A stretch of DNA of 64,000 nt from Acidimicrobiia bacterium. Its GTDB lineage: Bacteria; Actinomycetota; Acidimicrobiia; Spongiisociales; ZC4RG35. Location: NCBI GenBank assembly GCA_035305585.1, contig DATGOV010000028.1:19524-83523 (forward strand), read 5' to 3'. The translations under genes and the position numbers were made by a program. Position 1 is the stretch's first letter; each line of letters opens with the position of its first letter. The notes under the pieces were generated by a model that saw nothing but the letters and a program-made list of their open reading frames with translations, made no database searches and was not told the origin of the DNA. Positions 18,480 to 28,092 of this stretch are shown one piece after another.

Positions 18480-18917
18480 GTGATCGAGGTGGATGCCTCT
18501 GAACGACTCCACCACATCGCCAACGCGCTCTCCATTCCCGTCGTGGAACGGCACATCTTCCTCTGCGCCGGTCAGTCGACGCCCAAGTGCGCGCCCGTCG
18601 AGGCGACCAACGAAGTGTGGGCGCATCTCAAAGCCCGGCTGAAACAGCTCGGTCTCGCGTCTGCCCCTCCCCGCTGGCGTGACCGCGATCCCGCCGAAGC
18701 TCAGCCGGAGCCGGTGGGGACCGGGCGGGTCATGCGCAGCAAGGTGGACTGCCTCCGGATTTGCCAGTCCGGTCCGATCTGTGTCGTCTATCCCGAGGGC
18801 ACCTGGTACCACGGAGTCACCACCGAAGTGATGGACCGGATCATCGAGGAGCACCTGATCGGCGGGAAGCCGGTCACCGAGTATGTGTTCGCCACAGGGC
18901 CGTTGGAGGGGCGGTGA
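18480..18917 (+). CDS. thioredoxin-like [2Fe-2S] ferredoxin family protein
   Basis: Cys pattern CAGQ...C...C...C, as in NuoE-like 2Fe-2S ferredoxins. Confidence 0.65.
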   Translation: MIEVDASERLHHIANALSIPVVERHIFLCAGQSTPKCAPVEATNEVWAHLKARLKQLGLASAPPRWRDRDPAEAQPEPVGTGRVMRSKVDCLRICQSGPICVVYPEGTWYHGVTTEVMDRIIEEHLIGGKPVTEYVFATGPLEGR

Positions 18918-19828
18918 AGATCCTCCGTTGGCTGGGGCTGGCCGTCGTCCTCCAGCGCCTGTTCGGCCCTGCTCCCTCACCTCGATTCCGACCCGGCCAG
19001 GTCCATCCGTGGCGGGTGAGCGGGAGGACCGTCTTCGTCGGCGACAACGAGTTCCTGGTGCGCGAAGCGGGGCCGGCCGACGCTCCACCCGTGGTGCTGA
19101 TCCATGGGCTGGCCGGGTCGTCGATCGCCGAGTGGTACCGGGTGGGAAGGCTGCTGGCTGCGGACCACCGGGTCGTCCTCGTCGACAATCGCAGCCACGG
19201 GCTGTCTCCCCAGAGCCGTACCCGCTTCGAAGTGGAGGCCGTGGCCGACGAGGTCGCCTCGATCCTCGACACGCTGGGGATCGCCACGGCCACCGTGGTG
19301 GGCTATTCGATGGGAGGGACGATCGCCCAGGCGTTCGCCTATCGCCATCCCGGCCGCGTCCGTGCCCTGGTCCTGATCGCCACCTTCTCTCACCATCCGC
19401 CGCTGCTCCGTTTGCTCCGAGTGGCGGGTCTGATGATCGCCCGGGCTTGGGAGCGGATCACCGGCACCGGCACTCCCGAAGTCCGGTCTCTCTACCTGCT
19501 CCTCACCGGTGCCGTGGACCGGGAGCACGCCCGGTGGCTGTGGGACGAGACCCATCGTCGTGACCCCGAAGCCGGTGCCCAGGCTGCCTTCGCCATGTTG
19601 CGCTTCGACGCCCGGGATTGGATCGGAAGGCTCGGGGTCCCGAGCGTCGTCGTCATCCCCCGACGAGACCAGCTCGTCCCTCCGTCGTGGCAGCACCGGC
19701 TGGCGGAGGAGATCGCGGCCGACGAAGTGGTCGAGGTCCCCGATGCGCGCCACGAGGTGCCCTGGACCCACCCCGAACTGATCGCCGAGGTGATCGCCCG
19801 GGCGGCGAAGCTGGAGTCCGTGAGCTAG
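18914..19828 (+). CDS. alpha/beta-fold hydrolase
   Basis: HGLAGS...GYSMGG nucleophile elbow. GTG start overlaps the ferredoxin stop as GTGA. Confidence 0.75.
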   Translation: MKILRWLGLAVVLQRLFGPAPSPRFRPGQVHPWRVSGRTVFVGDNEFLVREAGPADAPPVVLIHGLAGSSIAEWYRVGRLLAADHRVVLVDNRSHGLSPQSRTRFEVEAVADEVASILDTLGIATATVVGYSMGGTIAQAFAYRHPGRVRALVLIATFSHHPPLLRLLRVAGLMIARAWERITGTGTPEVRSLYLLLTGAVDREHARWLWDETHRRDPEAGAQAAFAMLRFDARDWIGRLGVPSVVVIPRRDQLVPPSWQHRLAEEIAADEVVEVPDARHEVPWTHPELIAEVIARAAKLESVS

Positions 19829-22296
19829 GGGGACTGCCTGGGCACGAGGCGGAGGACGTCGCCTTCTGCGGGTGGTTCGAAGGGGAACGAGCGGGTCTTT
19901 CCCTGCGCCCACTCCTCGGCCATGTCGAAGTAGTGGCGATGGAAGGCGTGGCCCGACTGCCCGGTGGTGTGGATCGCCGTGGAGCGGGAGAAGTCGGCCA
20001 GGTCGACCACCATGCGCATCGACGGCACCGCTGCCACCTCGTAGCCCTCGCTCGCGGCCCATCCCGTGGCGTTGACGATCGAGGAGCCGCCGCCGACTCC
20101 GGTCACGATTCGGTTGAACAACGCTTCGATCGGGGCGATCCCCGACTGGCCGAGAGTCTGGTTCTCGAACGAGGCGATGTGCAGCTTGCCCCACTCCCAG
20201 CTCTCCGGGTCGTCCCCGAGGATGTCGGCGAGCTCCTCGTGAGCCGAGCGGGCGGCCTCCACCAGGATGTCGTCGACCGACTCGACCGCCGCGGTCGAGC
20301 GCTTGTCCCACCACACGTTCTCGGGATCCTCGAGGAGTCTCTCGACCACGGCGAAGTAGCGGCTGCTCCCGTCCGCCGGCCGATCGTCGGGGAGCTCGTC
20401 GAAAGTGTGTGCCAGGAGATGCCGCCACAAGGCGGCGTAGGCGGCGGCGCCGGCGCTGGAAGCGTCCATCTGGTACGGGTCGCTGCTCTCAGCCCAAGGT
20501 CGCAGGGTCTCTTGCATGGCGCGGACTGCTGGGTCGTCCACCTCGAGATCGAGGAGATGGGGGACCACCGCCGCAGCCGAAGCGTCGTATTCGTCCATGT
20601 GGATGGCCGCCATGTCCTCGACGGCGAGGTCCTCGGATGCGGCGAGCAATTCGGTGATTCGTGCTGCTCGATATCCGTGGTCGAAGTCGGCGCCGATGTA
20701 CAAGGGGTGGTCCTCACCCACCACCGGCTGGTTGGCCGTCACGATGATCCCCGACGGCGGGTCGAGCACTGACGGGAGGTCCTCGAACGGGATGCTCTCC
20801 TCCCATTCGAACTCACCGGTCCAGCCCGGCACCGGATACCGGCCGTCGCCGGACCGGCGCACCGGGATGTCTCCGGTGGCCTGGTACCCGATGTGGCCGT
20901 CGACGTCGGCGTAGACGAGGTTCTGGGGGGCGATGTCGAACAGCGACGCCGCTTGGCGGAACTCGTCCCAGTCGGAGGCCAGGTCGATGCCGAGCAAGGC
21001 CTGGAGCAGCGTGGAAGGCTCCAGCGCCTTCCACGCCAAGGCCACCTCGTAGCCCTCTTCCTCAGCGCCCGGCAGGTCTTCTGCGGGCCCGTATGTCCCG
21101 GAGATGATCGGCCCGTGGGCCGTCGAACGGATCTCGACCTCGATGGGGTCGCCTCCGGCCACGTCGATGACTTCGGTCCGAGTCTCGATCGGAAGCCATT
21201 CACCGTCGAATTCGTAGGTGTCGCCCCGGGTGCGTTCGATGAACAGGTCCATCGCATCCGGACCCTCGTTGGTGACGCCCCAGGCGATCCTCTCGTTGTG
21301 GCCGATCACGACTCCGGGGGCGCCCGCGAAGCTGAAACCCCCCACCCGGAAAGGGCACTCGGGGGACACAGGCTCGCACCAAAGCGAAACCTCGTACCAG
21401 ATCGAGGGCAACTGGATACCGAGGTGGGGGTCGTCGGCGAGGAGCGGCGAGCCCGACGCGGTGCGGGTGCCGGCGACGACCCAGTTGTTCGAACCTATTC
21501 CGGGGAGCGGGGCGCCGATGGCCGCCGCCGCTTCGCCGGCGTTGGCTCGCGCCCGCTCCAGGGCGGGACGGGCGGCGGATAGGACCGGTGATGCCTCGGA
21601 CGCCGCGGAGGGGGTCTCGCCTTCGACGATGAGCGGGTGGTCGGCCGGATAGGGCGGATACAGGTCCTCGACCATGTCAGGCCCCAGTTCCTCGGCGAGC
21701 AAGGCCCGGTCGATCTCCTCTTCGATGTTGGACCTGAGGTCCCACGCCATCACGTGGGCCCAGGTCAGCGTGTGCTCGGGCTTCCACGATTCGGGCTGGT
21801 AGGAGCGGTTCTGGAGGCCCAGGATCGCGTACTCGAGGGACAACTCCGCTCCTCCGGGGCGTTCGTCCAAGTAGGCGTTGACGCCGGCGGCGTAGGCATC
21901 GAGGTAGAGGCGGACGTCGTCGGGCAGCGAGGCGTACTCCTCCTCGGCCAGTCGCTCGAAACCCAGCGTGCGGAGGAAGACATCGGTCTCTAGCTGGCTC
22001 TCGCCGAACATCTCCGCGAGCCGCCCGGCCCCGATGTGGCGCCAGGTGTCCATCTGCCAGAACCGGTCCTGGGCGTGCACGTAACCCTGGGCGAAGAAGA
22101 GGTCCCAGGCTGTGGAGGCCGTGATGTGGGGGACCCCCGAGTCGTCCCGAACGACCGTGGCGCCTTCGTGGAGCCCGGGGACGGACACCTCGCCCTCGGT
22201 CACCGGGAAGGAGCGGCGAACCAGCCAGACGCCCCCTCCGAACGCGCCGAGTGCGAGCACCAGCAGGACGACGACGAGCCAGCGCAGCACCCTCAT
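19825..22296 (-). CDS. penicillin acylase (Ntn-hydrolase) family protein, secreted
   Basis: 823 aa, signal peptide, penicillin amidase family motifs. Confidence 0.85.
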   Translation of the reverse strand: MRVLRWLVVVLLVLALGAFGGGVWLVRRSFPVTEGEVSVPGLHEGATVVRDDSGVPHITASTAWDLFFAQGYVHAQDRFWQMDTWRHIGAGRLAEMFGESQLETDVFLRTLGFERLAEEEYASLPDDVRLYLDAYAAGVNAYLDERPGGAELSLEYAILGLQNRSYQPESWKPEHTLTWAHVMAWDLRSNIEEEIDRALLAEELGPDMVEDLYPPYPADHPLIVEGETPSAASEASPVLSAARPALERARANAGEAAAAIGAPLPGIGSNNWVVAGTRTASGSPLLADDPHLGIQLPSIWYEVSLWCEPVSPECPFRVGGFSFAGAPGVVIGHNERIAWGVTNEGPDAMDLFIERTRGDTYEFDGEWLPIETRTEVIDVAGGDPIEVEIRSTAHGPIISGTYGPAEDLPGAEEEGYEVALAWKALEPSTLLQALLGIDLASDWDEFRQAASLFDIAPQNLVYADVDGHIGYQATGDIPVRRSGDGRYPVPGWTGEFEWEESIPFEDLPSVLDPPSGIIVTANQPVVGEDHPLYIGADFDHGYRAARITELLAASEDLAVEDMAAIHMDEYDASAAAVVPHLLDLEVDDPAVRAMQETLRPWAESSDPYQMDASSAGAAAYAALWRHLLAHTFDELPDDRPADGSSRYFAVVERLLEDPENVWWDKRSTAAVESVDDILVEAARSAHEELADILGDDPESWEWGKLHIASFENQTLGQSGIAPIEALFNRIVTGVGGGSSIVNATGWAASEGYEVAAVPSMRMVVDLADFSRSTAIHTTGQSGHAFHRHYFDMAEEWAQGKTRSFPFEPPAEGDVLRLVPRQSP

Positions 22297-22365
22297 GCGA
22301 CGGAGACCCTAACCCGGACTCGAGCGAGGTTGTGCTAACCGCGGTCGAGCAGCGATAGTGGAGGC

Positions 22366-22551
22366 ATGTCGGGCACTGCTGCCGTCGCCGCGGTTGTCTT
22401 CTCCCACCTGGGAGGGCTGGACGAGATCGCCATGCTCGCGGTGCCGGCGGCGGCGATCATCGTGTTTCTTCGCCGATCGGAGCGAAAGGCTCAGGAACGC
22501 CAGGCGGCGCGAGCCGCTCCCGACGTCGAAGCGCCATCTGCCGACCGCTAA
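22366..22551 (+). CDS. small hypothetical membrane protein (61 aa)
   Basis: One hydrophobic helix. Weak support. Confidence 0.3.
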   Translation: MSGTAAVAAVVFSHLGGLDEIAMLAVPAAAIIVFLRRSERKAQERQAARAAPDVEAPSADR

Positions 22552-22563
22552 GCTCCTTGGCCG

Positions 22564-23844
22564 ATGAGTGACCAGCTCACCGCCGCTGCCCAGGCGATGA
22601 ACGTTCCCGAACCGCTGGTGGAGCGTTCGGCGCGGGCCCGCGCGGCGGCTTCTGGGATGTCGTACGAGGAAGTGCTGGCCGCATGGGCCGGTGGGGGAGC
22701 GGTGGCCGCGGCTGCCCCACCTGCCGAAGCACCGACGGCCGAGCCAGAGGCCGCCCCCGAGGAGACCCCTGCCGCCGAAGAAGCAGCTGCCCCGGTTCCG
22801 GAACCGGCAACTCCCGCTGCCCCGGCCGCCCCGGCGGCGCCGCCACCCGTGGCGGTCGCCGCGTTCGAGGAGATGGACGAAGAGGCTGAGCCGGTCGAGC
22901 CGCTGCCTCTCGGCGAGCGGGTCCGCCTCGCCGGACGGGTCGGGGCGTGGTCCGGAGCGATCCTCGGCCTTCTCGGCCTGGTCCTCGGCTCCACGTGGCT
23001 CCTCGGAGCCGCGTCGGTGGCGGGCGAGGAGGGCGCCTACAGCCCTGCGGTCGAGGTGACGACGTCGACGTTCCTCATCGGCGTGACCCTGCTGTCGATC
23101 GTCTTCGGAGTGATCGTCGCCGCATTCAGCCGTGCTGCCGCCGGTTGGTTGCATCCCGGTGCCCGCCTGGAGGGCCGTTTCAAGGCCACCGTGGCGTTGG
23201 GGATCGCGCTGGGCTTGGTGCTCGGTGTCGCCGCCGGTTCGGTGATGGTCTCTGCCTTCGGCGAGCCGATCGAAGGGGCCGAGGGCATGTCGGTCCTGCG
23301 GATCGTTCCGGCTGTCTTCGTGGTTGCCCTGGGCGGGGCGGCGTTGGGTTGGCTCACGGCTGCCCTGGTCCAGGTGATCGGAGTCCCCGTCGGCGTTCGT
23401 GAGGAGGACGCCGAAGAGATCGAAGAGGTGCGCGGTCGCCTGCGCGCCGCTCTCAGCATCCCCGTCGCCGCCGTCGTGTTGTTGGCGCTGATCGTCCTCC
23501 CGCTGGGGATGGTCTTCATCCGCTCCAACGAGATGGCTTCGGGCGGAGCCGCACTCCTGGCCATCGTCGCGGCCGGCTCGATCCTCGGCATCTCGTCGAT
23601 CTCCGCCAGCCGCCCCACCATGCGTATCACCTTCGGAGAGTTCATGGTGGCCGTGGCCGGCGTGGCCACGGTCGTCTTGATCATCTTCGCCGTGATCCAG
23701 ACCCGGGCCGAGCCTTCCGAGGAGGCGACCGACGAACCGGCCGCTACGGAGGAGACCACCGCCGGGGAAGGTGCAGAAGAGGGCGACGTCGACGCCATCG
23801 AGGACACCGACGGCGACGCTCTCGTTCGTCGCATCGTTCTCTGA
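22564..23844 (+). CDS. hypothetical polytopic membrane protein with Ala/Pro-rich N-terminal linker
   Basis: 426 aa with about 8 predicted TM segments. No recognisable family. Confidence 0.55.
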   Translation: MSDQLTAAAQAMNVPEPLVERSARARAAASGMSYEEVLAAWAGGGAVAAAAPPAEAPTAEPEAAPEETPAAEEAAAPVPEPATPAAPAAPAAPPPVAVAAFEEMDEEAEPVEPLPLGERVRLAGRVGAWSGAILGLLGLVLGSTWLLGAASVAGEEGAYSPAVEVTTSTFLIGVTLLSIVFGVIVAAFSRAAAGWLHPGARLEGRFKATVALGIALGLVLGVAAGSVMVSAFGEPIEGAEGMSVLRIVPAVFVVALGGAALGWLTAALVQVIGVPVGVREEDAEEIEEVRGRLRAALSIPVAAVVLLALIVLPLGMVFIRSNEMASGGAALLAIVAAGSILGISSISASRPTMRITFGEFMVAVAGVATVVLIIFAVIQTRAEPSEEATDEPAATEETTAGEGAEEGDVDAIEDTDGDALVRRIVL

Positions 23845-25066
23845 TCAGAGCCTCGGCGCCGACTGGTCCGTTACGCCGGGAGTGGTATCGGGTTTGGGGG
23901 TTGGGGGCGCGTTGGGGAGGGTGGTGCCGTCGGGTCGGATGTATTGGGGGTGGGTGGCGGTGCCTTGGAGTTTCGATCTTTGTTGGTGGATGAGGGTGTG
24001 GTGGTGTGGGCAGCGGAGGATGAGGTTGTCGAGGTTTGTGGGGCCGTGGTGTTGCCACCAGGAGCGGATGTGGTGGGCGTCGCACCAGGTGGTGGGGCGG
24101 TGACAGGCGGGGAACCGGCGGTGGCGGTCCCGGAGTCGTAGTGCCCGCGGGGCTGGCGGTTCTTCGGGTTCTTTCTAGGTCGAGGATTTCTGAGTGGGGC
24201 CGGTGATGAGCCGGCATATGTGGGCGTCGCAGGCCAACCTGCGGGGTGTCTTCGGGTCGCAGGAAGGTGCCGTCGAGGTATTCGGAGCGGCCTTCGGGTT
24301 TGTCGCCGGTCAGTGTGTGCCAGTCGATGATGGCGGTGAGGTGGGGCCGGTTGTCGTGGTCGGTGGGGGCGGCACCGGAATCCAGGTGCCGGCGGGCGAG
24401 TTCGGTGAGGGCTTCGCCTCTCCGTGCCGGCGCCGGGCCTAGCTGGTCTTTGGGGGTGGTGGCGACGATCTCTGACATCAACCCGTCCGAGGGCGGCAGA
24501 GAGGGTGCGGAACGATTCCCGGTCCAGGTCCCCGTCGATGCGTCCCTGCCGTCCATGGTTTCGGGCAGGTAGAGGCGGGACGGTTCTTCGGTCTCGCCCG
24601 GGGTGTCGGGTTCGGCATGCAGATGACACCAATGCTCCACACCGACGCGTGTCGGAAACAGACAGGCCACTCACCGCGTCGACCAGTGTCTCCTCGTCCG
24701 AACCGAACTGGTCGGGGAGCCGGTGCTGGCGAACGCCAAGACCACCGCCTGGTCGAAACTCAACCTCCCGGAAGCTACCGCCGCCCAGACCAGCCGCATC
24801 CGCTCCAACGACCGGGCCAAAAACACTTCCCGGCGAGCCCGCCTCGCCGACATGCCACAGCGGTGCATCAGAAACGCCGCGGTCGAGGTGTGACCGTCGT
24901 ACTCGAACCCCCGCTCCCGGTCCAGGGCCGCCAACTCGGACAGGAACGTCAACCGGTGGCCGGTCAGGTCGTCCCAGGACTCGGCGACTACATCCATCCC
25001 CACGCCCCCCTGCATCGAACGACTGTTCGACCATGCCCCCAACCCAGACCACCCCGGGGACACCAA
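23845..25066 (-). pseudogene. degraded HNH endonuclease of the DUF222 (13E12-repeat-like) family
   Basis: N-terminal DUF222-like region (24671-25066). It is interrupted by an in-frame TGA (24671-24673) and continues in the same frame. A frameshift near 24110 leads to the HNH motif C..FPACHRPTTWCDAHHIRSWWQHHGPTNLDNLILLCPHHHTLIH, ending at 23845. Confidence 0.6.
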
Positions 25067-25100
25067 CCAGAGGGGTGCGATCGGAGGGGCCGGCGAGGCG

Positions 25101-25415
25101 TCAGTTGCCGCGGATGGCGAGGATGCCCATGGCGGCCAGCACGACTCCGTAGAGGCCCAGCGCCATGATCAGGCCGGCGGCGAAGAAGCGGTTCAGCAAT
25201 GGGCGCTCGAACCGCAGGTGCATGTACCAGCCCACGACGATCACGAACTTGAGTACCGCCAGGATCAGCAGCAGGGCCACGTTCACGGCGCCGAGTTCCA
25301 GCGCGTTGTCGATGTAGAACAAGGCCACCTCGATGGCGGTGAGGACCGCCAACAGGGCCGCGATCCTCCAATACTGGCGGATCGATGGATGCGGGGGATG
25401 CGTATCGCTGGCCAT
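25101..25415 (-). CDS. ctaF: cytochrome c oxidase subunit IV (prokaryotic COX4 family)
   Basis: 104 aa, 3 TM helices, MHLRFE motif. ATGA overlap with ctaE. Confidence 0.7.
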   Translation of the reverse strand: MASDTHPPHPSIRQYWRIAALLAVLTAIEVALFYIDNALELGAVNVALLLILAVLKFVIVVGWYMHLRFERPLLNRFFAAGLIMALGLYGVVLAAMGILAIRGN

Positions 25416-26035
25416 CACACTCTCGCGGCGTCGATGAGATAGACGACGGTGAAGATCACGATCCAGATGATGTCGACGAAGTGCCAGTAGAGGCCCACCA
25501 TCTCGACGTTCATGCCCTTCTCTTCGGACAGCCGTCCTTTGAAGCGGGAGATGCCCCACAGGGAGAGGAGCATGAAGACACCGATCGCCACGTGCAGCCC
25601 GTGGAATCCGGTGAGCACGTAGAAGGCGGAGGCGACCGGGTTCGTGGTGAGCTTCATGTCGTAGTGGACGATGAACTCGGTGAACTCGAACACCTGGCCG
25701 GCGAGGAACACCGACCCCAGAGCTGCGGTGGCGAACAGCCAGGTGCGGGCTTGGGGCTGGTCGTCTCGGGAGACGGCGTTGTGGGCCAACACCATCGTCA
25801 AGGAGCTCATGAGGAGGACGAACGAGCTCACCGACGTGAACGGGATGTCGTACACCTCCCGGGGGTAGATGTTGAAGCCCGTCCGGTTCGAGTACAGCAA
25901 GTAGTTGGTGATGAGCGCCCCGAAGAACAGGAACTCGGAGCTCAAGAACAGCCACATGCCGAGCTTGCGGCTGTCGACACCGGTCGACTCGTGCTCGGCG
26001 TGGCCGTGAGATTCAGGGTGGACTGCTTCGGCCAT
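25415..26035 (-). CDS. ctaE: cytochrome c oxidase subunit III
   Basis: 206 aa with the COX3 pattern. Confidence 0.9.
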   Translation of the reverse strand: MAEAVHPESHGHAEHESTGVDSRKLGMWLFLSSEFLFFGALITNYLLYSNRTGFNIYPREVYDIPFTSVSSFVLLMSSLTMVLAHNAVSRDDQPQARTWLFATAALGSVFLAGQVFEFTEFIVHYDMKLTTNPVASAFYVLTGFHGLHVAIGVFMLLSLWGISRFKGRLSEEKGMNVEMVGLYWHFVDIIWIVIFTVVYLIDAARV

Positions 26036-28056
26036 CAGTGTGCCTCCGCCGGTTGCAGGTTTCCGGGAGCCGCGTCGTCGGGCTCGTCTTCGAGAGGCTC
26101 GATACCCCAGCCGATGAAGGAGATCAGAGTCAAGAGGACGCCGCCGACGATCAGCGCCTTACCCCAGGCGCTGGTGTGATAGATGATCCCGTAGCTGATG
26201 ATGGTGATGGCCAGCCCGACCAGGAACGGGAAGTACGAGGGGTTGGGCAGGTGGATCGGGGCGGGCGGGTTGTGACCGATCTCCTCGAGGTCGGCGATGA
26301 CCTGATCGGCCTCTGGCCGCCGCACGGCCCGGCCCTCTTCGTCCTCGGTGTACTTCCGGCGCCAGAAGTCGTCGAGTGACTCGACCACCGGGGAGACGGC
26401 GAAGTTGTACTCGGGGGTCGGGTTGGGAATCATCCACTCCACGGTGCGGGCGTCCCAGGGATCCAGGCCGGAGGGCTCACCGTGGGTCTTCGAGCGCCAC
26501 CAGTTGTACATGAAGAACAGGATCGACAGGGCGATGGTGAACGCCCCGATCGTCTCGATCTGGTTCCAGGTCTCGAGGCCGGCTTCGGCGGGATACTTCC
26601 ATGTGCGGCGCACCATTCCCTGCAGGCCCAGCCAGTGCATCGGGGCGAACGTCATGTTCATGCCGATGAACATGAGCCAGAAGTGGATCTTGCCGAGACG
26701 CTCGTTCATGAGCCGGCCCCGCAGCTTCGGGTACCAGTAGTAGAGGCCCGAGAAGAGACCGAAGATCGCCCCGCCGAAGAGCACGTAGTGGAAGTGGCCG
26801 ACGATGTAGTAGGTGTCGGTCTGCTGCCAGTCGGAAGGCACGATCGAGTGGGTGACGCCGGAGAGGCCGCCGATGACGAACATCGCCACGAACCCGACCG
26901 AGAACAGCATCGCCGTGTTGAAGCGGATCTTCCCCAGCCACATGGTGCCGAGCCAGTTGAAGATCTTGATTCCGGTCGGGACGGCGATCGTCATGGTCGC
27001 CAGACCGAAGGCCGCCTGGGCCACCGGGCTGATCCCCGACGAGAACATGTGGTGCGCCCACACGCCGAAGCCCAAGAAGGCGATGGCGGCGCCGGCGAAC
27101 ACCACCGCCGAGTACCCGAACAGTGGCTTGCGGCTGAAGGTGGGGATCACTTCCGAGACGATCCCCATCGCCGGCAGGATGAGGATGTAGACCTCGGGAT
27201 GGCCGAACAGCCAGAACAAGTGCTGCCAGAGGATGGGGTCACCGCCGTTCGACGCCTGGAAGAACACGCTCCCGAACTGACGGTCGAAAGTCGCCAAGAA
27301 CAGTGCCACGGCGATGATCGGCAGGGAGAAGAGCATCAGGAAGGCCACAACCGTGGTCATCCAGGCGAAGACGGGCATCCGGAGGAGGCGCATGCCCTTC
27401 GCTCGCATGTTGAAGACGGTGACGATGAAGTTGATCGACGAGATCAGCGAAGCCAGGCCCAGGATCTGCAGCCCCATCGACCAGTAGTCCATGGCCGTGC
27501 CGGTGGAGTAGAAAGGCCCAGCGTTGGGCTGGTAGCCGAACCAGCCGCCGTTGGGGGAGTCCGCCAGGAAGTTGAACGCTCCCGGACCGCCGTTGATCGG
27601 GATGTTCCCGGTGATCCCGTCGGGTGTCATGGGGGCGAAGGACGTTCCGAAGATGAACGACGAATAGAGGAAGATCCCGCCGAAGAAGAAGACCCACCAC
27701 GACAGGGCGTTGAGGCGAGGGAACGCCACGTCCCGGGCGCCCAACTGCAGCGGCAACAGATAGTTGAAGAAGGCCGCCGACGCCGGCATGACGAAGAGGA
27801 AGATCATCGTCGTGCCGTGCATCGTGAACAGAGCGTTGTAGGCACCGGCGGTGAGGAACTCCGAGTTGGCCTGGGCCAGGTGGACGCGGAGCAACAACGC
27901 CTCGATGCCGCCCAACAGGAAAAAGAGGAACGAGGCATAGCCGTACATCGTCCCGATCCGCTTGTGGTCGACGGTCGTGATCCACGACCACAGACCGGTC
28001 TCCGACCGGGGTTTTCGATAGATGGTGGTGACAGGCCGAGCGGCTACGTCAGTCAC
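26035..28056 (-). CDS. ctaD: cytochrome c oxidase subunit I with about 100 aa C-terminal extension
   Basis: 673 aa, heme-copper oxidase subunit I signature, plus extra C-terminal TM helices. Confidence 0.9.
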   Translation of the reverse strand: MTDVAARPVTTIYRKPRSETGLWSWITTVDHKRIGTMYGYASFLFFLLGGIEALLLRVHLAQANSEFLTAGAYNALFTMHGTTMIFLFVMPASAAFFNYLLPLQLGARDVAFPRLNALSWWVFFFGGIFLYSSFIFGTSFAPMTPDGITGNIPINGGPGAFNFLADSPNGGWFGYQPNAGPFYSTGTAMDYWSMGLQILGLASLISSINFIVTVFNMRAKGMRLLRMPVFAWMTTVVAFLMLFSLPIIAVALFLATFDRQFGSVFFQASNGGDPILWQHLFWLFGHPEVYILILPAMGIVSEVIPTFSRKPLFGYSAVVFAGAAIAFLGFGVWAHHMFSSGISPVAQAAFGLATMTIAVPTGIKIFNWLGTMWLGKIRFNTAMLFSVGFVAMFVIGGLSGVTHSIVPSDWQQTDTYYIVGHFHYVLFGGAIFGLFSGLYYWYPKLRGRLMNERLGKIHFWLMFIGMNMTFAPMHWLGLQGMVRRTWKYPAEAGLETWNQIETIGAFTIALSILFFMYNWWRSKTHGEPSGLDPWDARTVEWMIPNPTPEYNFAVSPVVESLDDFWRRKYTEDEEGRAVRRPEADQVIADLEEIGHNPPAPIHLPNPSYFPFLVGLAITIISYGIIYHTSAWGKALIVGGVLLTLISFIGWGIEPLEDEPDDAAPGNLQPAEAH

Positions 28057-28092
28057 GATGACCCCTTCGACGGCTCACGTGTTGCTCACTCC

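Noticed and set aside
24671-24673. In-frame TGA in the HNH/DUF222 gene as a possible selenocysteine codon (selD is present in the window).
   Set aside because: It is accompanied by an independent frameshift downstream. HNH endonucleases have no known Sec position and SECIS cannot be assessed by eye. Simplest explanation is pseudogenisation.
23871-25052. 393-aa Pro/Thr/His-rich ORF.
   Set aside because: Wrong frame through the degraded HNH/DUF222 pseudogene. The true reading requires a stop read-through and a frameshift.
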